Of a DNA stretch of 64,000 bases, positions 1 to 12,810 are shown piece after piece. Positions within the stretch are counted from its first letter, which is position 1; each line of letters opens with the position of its first letter. The translations under genes and the position numbers were made by a program. The stretch comes from Mobula hypostoma. Its lineage: Eukaryota. The notes beneath the pieces were generated by a model. The model was not told the DNA's origin. It saw only the letters and a list, made by a program, of their open reading frames with translations, and did not search any database. The stretch is from NCBI RefSeq assembly GCF_963921235.1, contig NC_086109.1, positions 30,010,001-30,074,000 of the forward strand, read 5' to 3'.

Positions 1-488
1 AATCGGTACAGCTGCTTGTTAATGCAAATATCTAATTAGCCAATCATGTGGCAGCAACTGAATGCATAAAAGCATACATACATGGTTAAGAGGTTCAGTT
101 TTACAGATCACACATCAGAAATGTGACCATGGAATGATTGCTGGTGCCAGACGGGGTATTTTCATGCACAAGAGTCTCTAGAGTTTATAGAGAATGACAC
201 GAGAAACAAAAAAAAAGTATCCACTGAGTGGCAGTTCTGTGTGTGAAAAAGCCTTGTTAATGAGAGAGCTCAGAGTAGAATGGCCAGACTGGTTCAAGCT
301 GACAGGAAGGTGACAGTAACTCAAATAACCATGCATTACAACAATGGTGTGCAGGAGACCATCTCTGAACATACAACATGTCGAACCTTGAAGTGGATGG
401 GTGAGTGGCAGCAGAAGACCATGAACATGCACTCAGTTTCCACTTTGTTAGGTACAGGAAGTACTGAGTAAAGTGGCCATTGAGTGTA
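1..488 (+). mobile_element. Non-autonomous Tc1-like element (right part) with transposase HTH remnant
   Basis: 280-420 encodes ARLVQADRKVTVTQITMHYNNGVQETISEHTTCRTLKWMG, resembling a Tc1 N-terminal region. Ends in TIR-like aaagtggccattgagtg followed by TA. Confidence 0.75.
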
Positions 489-2519
489 TTTTACTGATTG
501 AGATTTGGTGGGATGGTAATTTATTGAATTGGGTTTCACCTGATTGGTGTCAATATAACATACCTGGACAGTGTTCCACATTGTTGGGTGGATGCCAATT
601 TTAAACTGTACTGAAATTGTTTCATGGGAGCTGCATCTAATTTTGGAGTGCAACCGTCTGCATTATGGCAGGGATGTCTCAGCATGTATTGAATTAAATT
701 GGTTGAAGCAGCTATCATAATACCTGTGATGTTGGGAGAAAGCCAAGGTGAATAATGGACTCATCATTTTGGTGGAAAATGTTTATGACTCGTTCAGCCT
801 TTGGCATTTGTGTTGGTAGAATCTCTTCCTCTTATTAAATGATTAATTGCCCACTAACATTCACAACAGTATAGTAGATCTGTGAGTTACTCTGACTGTG
901 AGGTGGATTAGCTCTGTTAGTTGCATGTTGTGATTGCTACTTTGCACACATGCTGTCCTGCGTTGCAGCCTAGCCATAATGGATGTTGCTATTGGCATGC
1001 TTTCTCACAGTGGTCCTCTGACTTTATGGTAACTATTGAATTAGTGATGTACTGAGCCATGATACACTGGCCATGTATGATAGAATATAATTCTGCAGAT
1101 AGTCCACACTGCCTCACGATTGGCCTAGTTTGAATATATCTTATTTCAGTGATGGTAGTGCAACACAATTTGATGAAACTTTGTTTCTTTAGGGACTATG
1201 CAGTGATCACCTGTCAGTGTTGTAATTTGTAACTGAGATTTGTGAGGAGACGTTGTTGGCTTTATGCTGGTTCATTCACCATCTGCTGTTAGCATACTCT
1301 TTTGGCAGTCCTTTGAAAGTTGGGACCTTTTTTCAATACTATTTAACCATGTTATGTGATGGGCAGGTAGGATCCTCACCCAGTGACTATTTTTGTCCCT
1401 TTCCTACTGCAGGAAATAGCAGCCATAGTCAGACAATAAAAATGTATAAAAATATAGTAACTATTAATTCAAGCAAGAACCAGCCTTTTCAAATGCAGCC
1501 TGCAAGCAGGAATTGTTTTGAAATCACAAGGTGAGCTGTATAAATAGCAACCACTATGAAGGGAACTGAGATCAGCTTGTAGTGGGAGATAACTTAAAAG
1601 GTCATGAGACATTCAGGTGTGTGTTGGCCAACACATAGGCTTGTTACTTTGGCAATGCTTAGGGATATTTTTAATCCTTTGTCAGATTGATGCTTTGTGG
1701 TTGTATTAGAATGGAGGGGAATAGTACCCAAGGAGAAGAATTAGTTGGCATTTTAGCAAGAGATCTGTGAGGGAGACCTGAGTGATCTGTTTCAGAGGTT
1801 AATGAATTGGGAGATGGATTATATAGAGGTGCTGTGACGAAAAAAAGTGATTTAAAGATGTGATGGAGAGTCCTGTTGGACTGAAGTGTCAGATATTTAT
1901 ATATCATCAGGAAATCTAGTATATGTTTCAGATGAGGATGAACAATGTATGGAGGAGCATTGGCTATGGTAGGTAGGATTTAAAAAAAAATCATTTACTA
2001 GCTAGCCAGTAGTTATTCATCCTTAATTACTTACTGAACTGAGTTGTCTGCTTAGTGACTAAAGAGGGCAGTTATGACCCAGCCACATTAGTGTGTATCA
2101 TTTGGCCAGAGTCTGTGAGGGAACAGATATTATTTCCTGAGCTTTGCATTATTATTAATGGTCACACCCTTATTAAAACCTTTCTACTTTTGAACTTGCT
2201 TCCCTCAAACTCTCAGCCACTCTACCTCCTCTCTTGGAAAACATGCTGAAACCTACATTTATCCACTCTACCATCTGTTATTTTGGCATCGATACATTTT
2301 TGTTGTTTCTAGCCTTAAATTCCAAAAATTTTCCCATTTCTCTAATCTGGATCTGTGGATATCCATGATATGGGCTGAATTAGCTGCCCTGTAATTGTAC
2401 AGACTAGTAGATTAAGTATCTTTAGTCAGTAGTGCAGCAGTTCATGCTTCTGTTTCACATTTTCAGTGATGCGGGTTAAGTCCTGATCAAAGGTCAATAA
2501 AAAGAAGTGAGATGTAAGC

Positions 2520-3533
2520 AAAGTGGCCGTTATGTGAGTGAGCCAGGGTTATTGGAGTGGGAGGCTTTGGCTTAACAGGCCTTGGAGAGAACAGGTGGAG
2601 TTTTAAGGGTGCTGAGTCTTTTGGAATCATTTAACTGATTGTAGAACTTCAGCTTAAGAAGTAAGACCCAAAGGTATAAGAAGTGCAGAACGGATGGTTG
2701 TTAAGGCAGTGGAATGCTTCTGTAAGATGTGGGATTGCAGGGTATGTAATGGTCTCCCTGATAACTACATCTGCAGAAAGTACACCCAACTTCAGCTCCT
2801 GACCGACAAGGTCAAGAAACTGGAGCTAGAGCTGGGTATACTTAGGACCGTCCAGGAGGCTGAAAACCTCATAGATGAGACTTATACTGAGGTGTGGTCA
2901 CACCCCGGAGTGCAGGCTTCACAGTAGATGGTTGATCATCAGGAGAAGTTATGGGGGTAAGCAGGTTTCGTGTAGGGTTCCTCTGTGGCCATTCCCCTTA
3001 GTAACAAGTGTACCCCTTTGGATATTGCAGGGGGAGGTACGACTTATCAGGGCACATCAGGTGCTGCCAGGCTGTGGCAGTGTGGCTGACTGAGGCGAAG
3101 CAGGGAAGGGTAAAGTTAGGCAGAGTGATAGTGATACAAGTCTTAATATTTAAGGGGACGGTCGAGAGATTGTGGCCATGACAGAGACGTCAGGATGGTG
3201 TGCTGTCTCCCTAGATGCTAGGGTCCAGGATGTTTCAGAGTGACTGCAGAATAATCTCAAGGGGGGAGGGTGAGCAGCCAGACGTTGTGGTGCAAATTGA
3301 CACCAAAGATGTGGGTAGAAAGGGGGCAGAGGTCCTGGACAGTAAATGTAGGGAGATAGGAAAGAAGCTGAAGAGCAGGACTTCCAAAGTAGTAATCTCT
3401 GGATTGCTCCAGTGCCATGTGCAGAAATAGCATGATGGTACAAATGAATGAGTGGTGGAGGATCTGATGCAGGAGACAGGGTTTCAGGTTCTTGGGTGAT
3501 AGGAATCTTATTTGGGGCAAGGGTCATCTGTAG
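2520..3533 (+). mobile_element. CR1 LINE 5' UTR and ORF1 remnant (Cys-rich zinc finger, leucine zipper, SGNH esterase); resumes at ~9018
   Basis: ORF 2694-2927 reads VECFCKMW...YICRKYTQLQLLTDKVKKLELEL; 3215-3430 reads GEGEQPDVVVQIDTKDVGRK. Frameshifted. Confidence 0.8.
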
Positions 3534-3849
3534 GACCATGAGACAGGAGCAGAATTGGATCATTCAGCCCATCTGTGGCAATGAATTCCACTGATACACT
3601 ACTCTAAATATGTGAAAGAAATTCCTCCGTATCTCTTCTAAGTAGGTGCCCCTCTATTCTGAGGCTGTGCCTTCTGGTCCACCACATAGGAAACATTCTC
3701 TCCCCATCTCCATATGTTCCATCTTTTGCTTTGAAGCTGTCTTTGCCTTCCCTCATCAGCCATGGTTGCATCATCCTCCCTTTAGAATACCTTGTGATGT
3801 ATCTCTACTGTGTCTTCCGAATTGCTCCCTGAAACTCCCGCCATTGCAG

Positions 3850-4388
3850 TTTGGCTACAGTGGCAGACAGCCTCCGGCCTGGCCAAACTTGAGAAATCTT
3901 GTTTGGGTGGATGCTGCGTGATGTGTTCCCCTGTTACAAATTAATACTATGAAATAACAAACAGTACATAATATGTAATTAAACTATTGAGCTTTATAAT
4001 TCTTAATTTGACTTTAGGGTTAGTAAAGAAACAAAAATAGAAAAAAAGGGCCCATTTTCATGAAACAGTCTCATGCGCAACGTTGGAAGTCATGTTTCTG
4101 TCTACTTGTTCCCCATCGACCTCCTCCGAGCGTCGCCGACCCTTGGACCCTTGCTCCAAGTCCACTCTGCCCAGCGGTCTACCAACTCTCTCCACTAGCG
4201 TCTTCTGTCTTCATCTCTCGTGACAGAAGACAGTGAATACCTTCTCTCAGATCCACAAGAAATAAACAACGTGCCTCTCATTGGATGGCACACATTCCAA
4301 AGCTTCCATTATCACTCGTCATAACCCAAACATTGCTGCAACAGAGAAACCATTACATTAGCAGTGAAACCTTCCAGCGTGTTTCAGC
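3850..4388. mobile_element. LTR-like insertion (probable solo LTR; core 3932-4387)
   Basis: Non-coding block interrupting the CR1. Core bounded by tgttaca...gtgtttca (TG...CA). No clear TSD. Confidence 0.4.
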
Positions 4389-4548
4389 CGTTCTGCATCA
4401 TTCCTGGTGGTGTCCTCTTCTGATCAACTTTAGCCAGCTCTCCTCTAATGCCTCTGTAATTCCCTTTACTCCATTGTAATACTGATACAACTGAGTTAGC
4501 TTCTCCCTCAAACTGCAGGATGAATTCTGCAGTATTATGATCATTGTC

Positions 4549-6712
4549 ATAATACTGCAGTGAGAAAGGATCTAAAAAGCGTGGATTGGGACAGGTTGTT
4601 CTCTGGGAAAGATGTGATCGGTAGGTGGGAAGCCTTCAAAGGAGAAATTTGGAGAGTGCAGAGTTTGTATGTTCCTGTCAGGATTAAAGGCAAAGTGAAC
4701 AGGAATAAGGAACCTTGGTTCTCAAGGGATATTGCAACTAAAGAAGAAGAGGAAGTTGTATGACATGTATAGGAAACGGAGTAAATAAGGTGCTTGAAGA
4801 GATAAGAAGTGCAAGAAAGTACTTAAGAAAGAAATCAGGAGGGCTAAAAGAAGCCATGAGGTTGCCTTGGCAGTCAAAGTGAAAGATAATCCAAAGAGCT
4901 TTTACAAGTATATTAAGAGCAAAAGGACTGTAAGGGATAAAATTGGTCCTTTGAAGATCAGAGTGGTCGGCTATGTGCGGAACCAAAGGAAATGGAGGAG
5001 ATCTTAAATAGGTTTTTTGCATCTGTATTTACTAAGGAAACTGGCATGAAGTCTATGGAATTAAGGGAAACAAGTAGTGAGATCATGGAAACTGTACAGA
5101 TTGAAAAGGAGGAGGTGCTTGCTGTCTTGAGGAAAATTAAAGTGGACAAGTCCCCAGGACCTGACAGGGTGTTCCCTCGGACCTTGAAGGAGACTAGTGT
5201 TGAGATTGCAGGGGCTCTGGCAGAAATATTTAAAATGTCGCTGTCTACATGTGAGGTGCCGGAGGATTGGAGAGTGGCTCATGTTATTCCGTTGTTTAAA
5301 AAAGGATCGAAAAGTAATCCGGGAAATTATAGGCCAGTAAATTTAACGTCGGTAGTAGGTAAGTTATTGGAAGGAGTACTAAGAGACAGAATCTACAAGC
5401 ATTTGGATAGACAGGGACTTATTAGGGAGAGTCAACATGGCTTTGTGCGTGGTGGGTCATGTTTGACCAATCTATTGGAGTTTTTCAAGGAGATTACCAG
5501 GAAAGTGGATGAAGGGAAAGCAGTGGATATTGTCTACATGGACTTCAGTAAGGCCTTTGACAAGGTCCCACATGGGAGGTTAGTTAGGAAGATTCAGTCG
5601 CTAGGTATACATGGAGAGGTGGTAAATTCGTTTAGATATTGGCTCAATGGAAGAAGCCAAAGAGAGGTAGTAGAGAATTGCTTCTCGGAGTGGAGGCCTG
5701 TGACTAGTGGTGTGCCACAGGGATCAGTGCTGGGTCCATTGTTATTTGTCATCTATATCAATGATCTGGATGATAATGTGGTAAATTGGATCAGCAAATT
5801 TGCTGATGATACAAAGATTGGAGGTGTAGTAGACAGTGAGGAAGGTTTTCAGAGCCTGCAGAGGGACTTGGACCAGCTGGAAAAATGGGCTGAAAAATGG
5901 CAGATGGAGTTTAATACAGACAAGTGTGAGGTATTGCACGTTGGAAGGACCAAGGTAGAACATACAGGGTTAATGGTAAGGCACTGAGGAGTGCAGTAGA
6001 ACAGAGGGATCTGGGAATACAGATACAAAATTCCCTAAAAGTGGCGTCACAGGTAGATAGGGTCGTAAAGAGAGCTTTTGGTACATTGGCCTTTATTAAT
6101 CAAAGTATTGAGTATAAGAGCTGGAATGTTATGATGAGGTTGTATAAGGCATTGGTGAGGCCGAATCTGGAGTATTGTGTTCAGTTTTGGTCACCAAATT
6201 ACAGGAAGGATATAAATAAGGTTGAAAGAGTGCAGAGAAGGTTTACAAGGATGTTGCTGGGACTTGAGAAACTCAGTTACAGAGAAAGGTTGAATAGGTT
6301 AGGACTTTATTCCCTGGAGTGTAGAAGAATGAGGGGAGATTTGATAGAGATATATAAAATTATGATGGGTATAGATAGAGTGAATGCAAGCAGACTTTTT
6401 CCACTGAGGCAAGGGGGAAAAAAAAAGAGGACATGGGTTAAGGGTGAGGGGGGAAAAGTTTAAAGGGAACATTAGGGGGGGGCTTCTTCACACAGAGAGT
6501 GGTGGGAGTATGGAATGAGCTACCAGACGAGGTGGTAAATGCAGGTTTTTTTTAACATTTAAGAATAAATTGGACAGATACATGGATGGGAGGTATATGG
6601 AGGGACATGGTCCGTGTGCGGGTCAGTGGGACTCGGCAGAAAATGGTTCAGCACAGCCAAGAAGGGCCAAGAGGCCTGTTTCTGTGCTGTAGTTTTTCTA
6701 TGGTTTCTATGG
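4549..6712 (+). mobile_element. Relatively young 5'-truncated CR1 LINE ORF2 (reverse transcriptase)
   Basis: 331-aa ORF 4992-5987 with [40 protein letters not shown] and KFADD motifs. Frameshift near 5950; C-terminal part at 6041-6463; (ttctatggt)n tail. Confidence 0.95.
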
Positions 6713-7259
6713 TCTTAGAAAGATTCCTTTACCTTAAATTCTGTAATCAAATCTGGTTCATTACCTAACACCCAATTCAGAACTGCCTTTCCAGTAGTGG
6801 TCTCAACCACAATGTGCTTTAAAATTTCCCGTTAGGATCCATCACCAACCTGATTGTCCCAATTCGTCTGCATATTGAAATCCCCCATTACTATCGTTAC
6901 ATTGCCTTTTTTGCATGTATTTTGTATCTCACATTGTAACGTATCCCATGCCTTTGGCTAATCTTTGGAGGCTTGTATATAACTCTCATCAGGGTCTTTT
7001 TACCCTTGCCATTTCGTATCACTAACCACATGGATCTTGCATCATCTTATCCTACATTACCTTTTTCAAAAAATTTGATTTTATTTTTTTTAACCAACCG
7101 AGGCCTCGCAACCTCTCTGCTTACTTGCATGCCCTTTCAATGTAATGTGTCCTTGGTTGTTAAGCTCCCAATTATGATTTTCTTTCAGCCATGACTCGGT
7201 GATGCTCATAGTGCCATACTTGCCAATCTAACTGTACTAAAGGATCATATACCTAAATC

Positions 7260-7463
7260 CGGTGGTCCCCAACCACCGGGCCGCAAGGAAATGATATGAT
7301 TTGGCGATATGAAATGATATGAGTCAGCTGCACCTTTCCTCATTCCCTGTCACGCACTGTTGAACTTGAACACCACGCCCCCCCCCCACCCCCGTCAGCT
7401 GGTCCACAAGAATATTGTCAATATTAAACCAGTCCGTGGTGCAAAAAGGGTTGGGGACCCCTG
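7260..7463. mobile_element. hAT (Charlie-type) MITE
   Basis: TIRs cggtggtccccaacc / ggttggggacccctg; 8-bp TSD cctaaatc / tcttaatc (6/8 match). Confidence 0.75.
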
Positions 7464-7474
7464 TCTTAATCCAT

Positions 7475-7612
7475 ACAACGCAAAATTCTGGAGGAACTCA
7501 GCAGGCTAGGCAGCATAAATGGAAAAGAGTACAGTTGATGTTTTGGGCCAAAACCCTTCATCAGCATATTGTGTGTGTTGCTTGGATTTCCGGCATCTGT
7601 AGATTTTATCCT
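7475..7612. mobile_element. Short Penelope-derived palindromic element with decayed hammerhead motif
   Basis: Same terminal sequence (ctggaggaactcagcagg...cccttcatcag) as the copies at 10765, 25863 and 53813. Confidence 0.7.
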
Positions 7613-10387
7613 GTTGTGTACAGTGTGTGCATTCAAATATAACACTTTCAGTCCTGCATTCATCAGTCTTTGTGATTTTGCCTTATGCTACACTTCAACT
7701 CATTCCACTAACAGTAATTTTGCCCTGTCTTCTGCCAGTTCTCCCTCATAGTCTCACTACATACTACATCTACTTGTATACCAACTGCCCTATCACTCTG
7801 GTTCCCATTCCCATACCAAATTATTTTAAACCCTGCCCAACAGCTCTAGCAAACTTGCCCTTGCAGAAATAGGTCCCCTTTGGATTGATGTGTTATCTGT
7901 CCTTTTTGTACGGGTCATTCTTTCCCCAGAAGAATCCCAATGATCCTAAAATCTGAAAGTCTTCCCCCTGCCTCGGCCAGGTATATATCTGCCAAATCAT
8001 CCTATTCTTACCCTCATTGGTACGTGGTACAGGCGGCAATCCAGAGATTACTAGTCTGGAGGCCCTGCTTTTGAGCTTTCTGTCTAGCTGCTTAGATTAT
8101 CTCTTCACTTTCCCTATCTATATCATCTGTACCAAAATGTACCACTCCTGGTTGCTCACCCTCTCCCTTTAGAATGCTCTGGTCCCGATCTGAAACGTCC
8201 CTGACCCAGGCACCTGGGAGGCAAAATACCATCCAGATATCTCTTATGTGTCCACAGAATCTCCTGTCTGCTCTTCTAACTATGGAATCCCCTATCAATA
8301 CTGCACTCCTCTTCTTCCCTCTTCCCTCTGAGCCACAAAGCTAGACTCAGTGCCAGAGCAGCTTCCCCCTGGTAGTTTGCCCACCCGAACAATGCACAAA
8401 GTGGTAAACTTTTGTTGAGGGGAATAGCCACAGGGATATTCTTCACTGGCTGCCTATTCCCTTTCCTCTCCTGACAATCACCCAACTCCCTGTCTCCTGC
8501 AAATTAGGGGTGATAACCTCCATATAGCTCCTATCTTTTACCTCCTCATTCTCCCATATGAGCCAAAGGTCATCTAAGTTCAGCTCTCATCTCTTAAATG
8601 ATCTCTAAGGAGCTGCAGCCTGATGAACTTCATGCAGATGTAGTTATCAGGGAGACTGAAGGCCTCCAAGAGTTCCCATGTCTTATAGGAAGAACATACC
8701 ATTGACGTTGGTCCCATTCTAACTGCACTAGCTATCCACTAATAGACAGAGATAGAGAAAAAAATATACTGGAAACATACTTAGAACCTCTGCCTGTTGT
8801 CTTTTAAGAATGTTGTCACAAAGTCAAACCACCTGCTGTCCATTCCTGCAATGGCCACTCTGCTTTCCCCTTTTTATTGACTTTTGCCATGTGGCTAATA
8901 GATCGTTATGATTGTTGCCAGCCAAGAAGTACCAAAATGCCAAACTTTTTTTTTAAACCTTGCGTTGCCGCATCCAAACAAGTGACTGCTCACAATGATT
9001 GAAGCACACCAATTGAAGGCCTGTACAAGAGGGACTGGTTGCACCTAAACTGGAGCAGATATCTTAGCTGGGAGTTTTGCTTGTGCTGTTTGGGAGGATT
9101 TAAACTGGTTTGCAGGGGAATGGAAACCAGAGGACCAAATCAGAAAGTGGGAGGATGGAAAGGAAGGTACATGTCAGAGCCAATAAAACAGGAGCAAAGT
9201 AATAGATATGATAGGATGGATAGCTTGATATGTGCGTATTTTAATGCTAGGAGTATTGTGGGGCAAAGGAGATGAACCTAGGGCATGGAACAATGATGTT
9301 GTGGCAGTTTCAAAGACTTGGTTGAGAGAGACAGGAATGGGTGCTTAATATCCAAGGGTTTTGAAAGATAGAGAGGGAGGTAAATAAAGTGTAGTTGCAC
9401 TACTAATCGGGCGATGTCACAGCTGCACTCAAAGGGGGCATAATAGAGGGGCATCCACTGAGTCTGGAACTCAAAAACTGGAAGGATTCAATCATTCAGG
9501 GATCATATTACAGACCTCCTCCTCCCCCACCCTCAATAACCACTGGAACATGAAAAATAGACATACGGGCCGATTAAGAAAATGTGTAAAAACAATACGA
9601 TTTTTGTCATGTGGATCTTCAACTTAATTAATACAAACTGGGGTCTTCTGAGTGCAAGAGGTTTAGGTGGGGCAGAATTTATTAGATGCATCCGGGAGGG
9701 GCCATGGAATGTCCTTGGCCAGTAGGATTAAATAGAATCCCAAGGCATCAAGAGCAAGAGGCTAACTAGGAAGAAAGTAGGACCACTCGAGGATAAAGGT
9801 GGACATTTGCTTGGATACAGAGGATGTGGGTGAGATCCTTAACGAGTACTTTGTATCAGTATTTCCAAGGAGAAGGATGTGGAGAATAGGAGAACAGCAT
9901 TGAATGTATTGCTGTGCCAGGTCACTTCAAGGAAGAGATAGTGTTGGGTCTGTTAAAGAGCATTAAGGTGGATAAATCCCCAGGGTTTGATGCGTTATTG
10001 AGAGAGGCAAGGGAAGAGATTGCTGGGGCCTTGATCAGTATTGTTTTGTCTTCTCTAGTCAGAGGTGAGTTCCCTTGTTCCATTATTCAAGAAGGGAACA
10101 AGGGATAATCCTAGAAACTATAGACTGGTGACTCCAATGTCAGTGATAGATAAGTTATTGGAGAGAGTTCTTAGGGATAGGATTTATGGGCATTTGGAAA
10201 ACCATGACCTAATTAGGGAGAGCCAGTATGGCTTTGTGCAGGGCAAGCTGTGTCTTACTAACCTGCTTGAGTTTTTTGGCGAGGTGACAAGGGTGATTGA
10301 TGAAGGTGGAGCTGTGTATGTTGTCAACATGGATTTTAGTAAGGTGTTTGACAAGGCCCTTCATGGGAGGCTTATCCAGAAGGTTAA

Positions 10388-10760
10388 CAACCGCGAGGAA
10401 TGAAAAGAGGATGCTGTCTAAGTTGCATGCCATCTTAGACAATGTCTTCCATCCACTACATAATGTACTGGTTGGGTACAGGAGTACATTCAGCCAGAGA
10501 CTCATTCCACTGAGATGCAACACAGAGCGTCATAGGAAGTCATTCCTGCCTGTGGCTTTCAAACTTTACAACTCCTCCCTTGGAGGGTCAGACAGCCTGA
10601 GCCAATAGGCTGGTCCTGGACTTATTTCATAATTTACTGGCATAATTTACATATTACTATTTAACTATTTATGGTTTTATTACTATTTATTATTTATGGT
10701 GCAACTGTAATGAAAACCAATTTCCTCCGGATCAATAAAGTATGACTATAACTATGACAA
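10388..10760 (+). mobile_element. 3' end of a Rex1/Babar-like LINE
   Basis: HPLHNVLVGYRSTFSQRLIPLRCNTERHRKSFLPVAFKLYN, followed by AATAAA and a (tgacta)n tail. Confidence 0.75.
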
Positions 10761-10764
10761 TGAA

Positions 10765-11408
10765 ATGTACAGATGCTGGAAATCCAAGGCAACACAAGCA
10801 CAATGCTGTGGGAGCTCAGCAGGCCAGGCAGCATCTATGTAATGGAATAAATTGTCACTGTTTTGGACCAAAACCCTTCATCAGGGCTGGGTAAAAAAGA
10901 TGAGAAGTCAGAGTAAGGAGGTGGGGGAGGGTAGGATGAAGTACAAAGAGGTAGGTGATGGGTGAAGTAGAGCTGGTAGTCGATTTCTTGAACTTCCAGT
11001 AATTGCCTCCCTTCATCATTCCCCTTTCCTGTTTTTATTTTCTCCCCCCCCATCTTTTTCCTTACCTGCCCATCACCTCCCTTGATGCTCCTCTTTCTTC
11101 ACTTCCTTCTATGGTCTTCTACCCCCTCCTATCAGATTCTACCTTCATCTCTTTCACCAATTTAACAGTTATTTACTTCACCCTTTATCTCTTTCACCAA
11201 TTTAACAGTTATTTACTTCACCCCTTCCTTCTCCTGGTTTCACCTATCACCTACCACTTCTTCCGCCACTCCCCACATCTTCTTACTCTGACTTCTCATC
11301 TTTTCTTCCAATCCTGATGAAGGGTCTTAGTTGGAAATGTCGACTGTTTATTCCTTTCCATAGATGCTGTCTGGCCAGCTGACTTCCTTCAGCATTTTGT
11401 GTGTGTTG
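10765..11408. mobile_element. Penelope-derived fold-back element (inverted terminal arms, purine/pyrimidine spacer)
   Basis: Inverted arms at ~10790-10890 and 11300-11408. The composite 10388-11408 is flanked by the 13-bp direct repeat tccagaag(g/a)ttaa (10375-10387, 11409-11421). Internal 40-bp-period tandem duplication at 11147-11223. Confidence 0.8.
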
Positions 11409-12810
11409 TCCAGAAGATTAAGATGCATGAAATCTATGCCAAATGGCTATTTGGATTTAGAACTGGCTTACCCTGAGAAGACAGTGGTTGAAAGGATTAT
11501 TCTAGCTGGAGGTCTGTGATTAATTATGTTCCGCAGGTATCTGTACTTAGGACCTCTGCTGATTGTTATGTATATAAATTATCGGAATGAAAATGTAGAT
11601 GGCTGGTTTAGTAAATTTGCAGATGACGTGATTATTTGTGTTGTGGATAGTGTAGAAGATTCGCAAAGAATGCAGTGGGAGAAAGATCAGTCGCAGATAT
11701 GGGTGGAGAATTGGCAGATGTAGTTTAACCCAGCCAAATGTGAAGTGTAGCGCTTTAGTAGGTCAAATGCAGAGCACTGTTAAGGACAAGATCCTGAACA
11801 ATGTTGATGCGCAGAGGGATCTTGAGGTTCATGTTTATAGCTCCCTGAAGTTTGCTACACGGGTTGATAGGATGGTTTTGAAGGCATATGGTATGCTTTT
11901 ATTAGTTGAAACATTGAGTTCCAAAGTTAGGAAGTTATCTTATGGCTTTATAAAACTCTAGTTAGGCTGCAATTGGAGTTATGCATTCATTTCTGGTCAC
12001 CCCATTATAGGAAGCATGTTGAAGCTTTGGAGAGGGTGCAGAAGAGGTTTACCAGAATGTAGCCTGGATTAGAGGTTATGCTCCATAAAGAGGTTAGGCA
12101 AACTTGGGTGGTATTCTCTGGAGCGGTAGAAGCTGGGTGGGGGTGGGGAGGGGTATGATCTGATGGAGGTTTATAAGATTGAGAGGCATAGAGAGACAGA
12201 CAATATTCTTTTCTCATGGTTAAATGTTTTATACTAGTGAGTATGCACTTAAAGTGAGAGAGAGGGTAATTTCAAAAGGGATGCTTTTTTTTAGTGTTAG
12301 GTTCTTGTAATTTACTGCCTGGGGTGATGGTAGAGGCATATATACAAGGGACTTTTATGAGACGTTTAGATAGGCACATGAATGTGAGGAAAATGGATTG
12401 ATATGGACATCTGTGGACATAAGGGATTAGTTTAGTTGGCTACTTGGTTCCTAATTTATTGGATTTGGCACAATGCTGTGGGCTAAAGGGCCTATTTCTG
12501 TGCTGTGCTCTACTGTTCTATGTTCTAAGTTAAAACTGAAGTTTATAATTATACCGCTAATATTGAAAAATGTTTAATCTCATTTAATGTTTAATAACAC
12601 TGACTTGCTTAATTGATGATCCAGTGCTGTCTGAAATTAAAGTGATTTGATGCCAATATTAAATATCTGGTAAACTGAAGAGCAGAAATTATAGATACCT
12701 ATCTAATCCATGGGCCTTGCTTGATTGAACTTGATATCTTGAAATAGTTTTAACAATGACCAATGATGCTAAAATTATAAAAATATGACTAATTGATCTG
12801 AGATACACTG

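Larger units (their letters stand above)
3534..9015 (-). mobile_element. Fragmented minus-strand CR1 LINE (3' end at ~3534, EN region 4390-4548 and 6715-7250, ORF1 8092-8700), itself interrupted by four inserts
   Basis: Minus-strand ORF 8092-8298 reads IGDSIVRRADRRFCGHIRDIWMVFCLPGAWVRDV (GDS esterase). The CR1 sequence resumes across each insert. Confidence 0.7.
9018..12530 (+). mobile_element. Continuation of the + strand CR1 (ORF1 end, EN, RT, 3' tail), interrupted at 10388-11408
   Basis: LHLNW and CAYFNARSI (EN start); ORF 10065-10403 NYRLVTPMS...MDFSKVFDK; 11526 KFADD; tail tgttctatgttcta at ~12515. Confidence 0.85.

Noticed and set aside
500..1250. Possible ancient LINE remnants (also ~21100-21700)
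   Set aside because: Similarity too faint to assign a family or boundaries by eye.
2420..2490. Possible tRNA-derived SINE head
   Set aside because: Only faint A/B-box resemblance; too decayed to support, and no tRNA cloverleaf.
4992..5987. 331-aa RT ORF as a functional or domesticated gene
   Set aside because: 5'-truncated CR1 with frameshifts before and after the ORF and a typical 3' tail.
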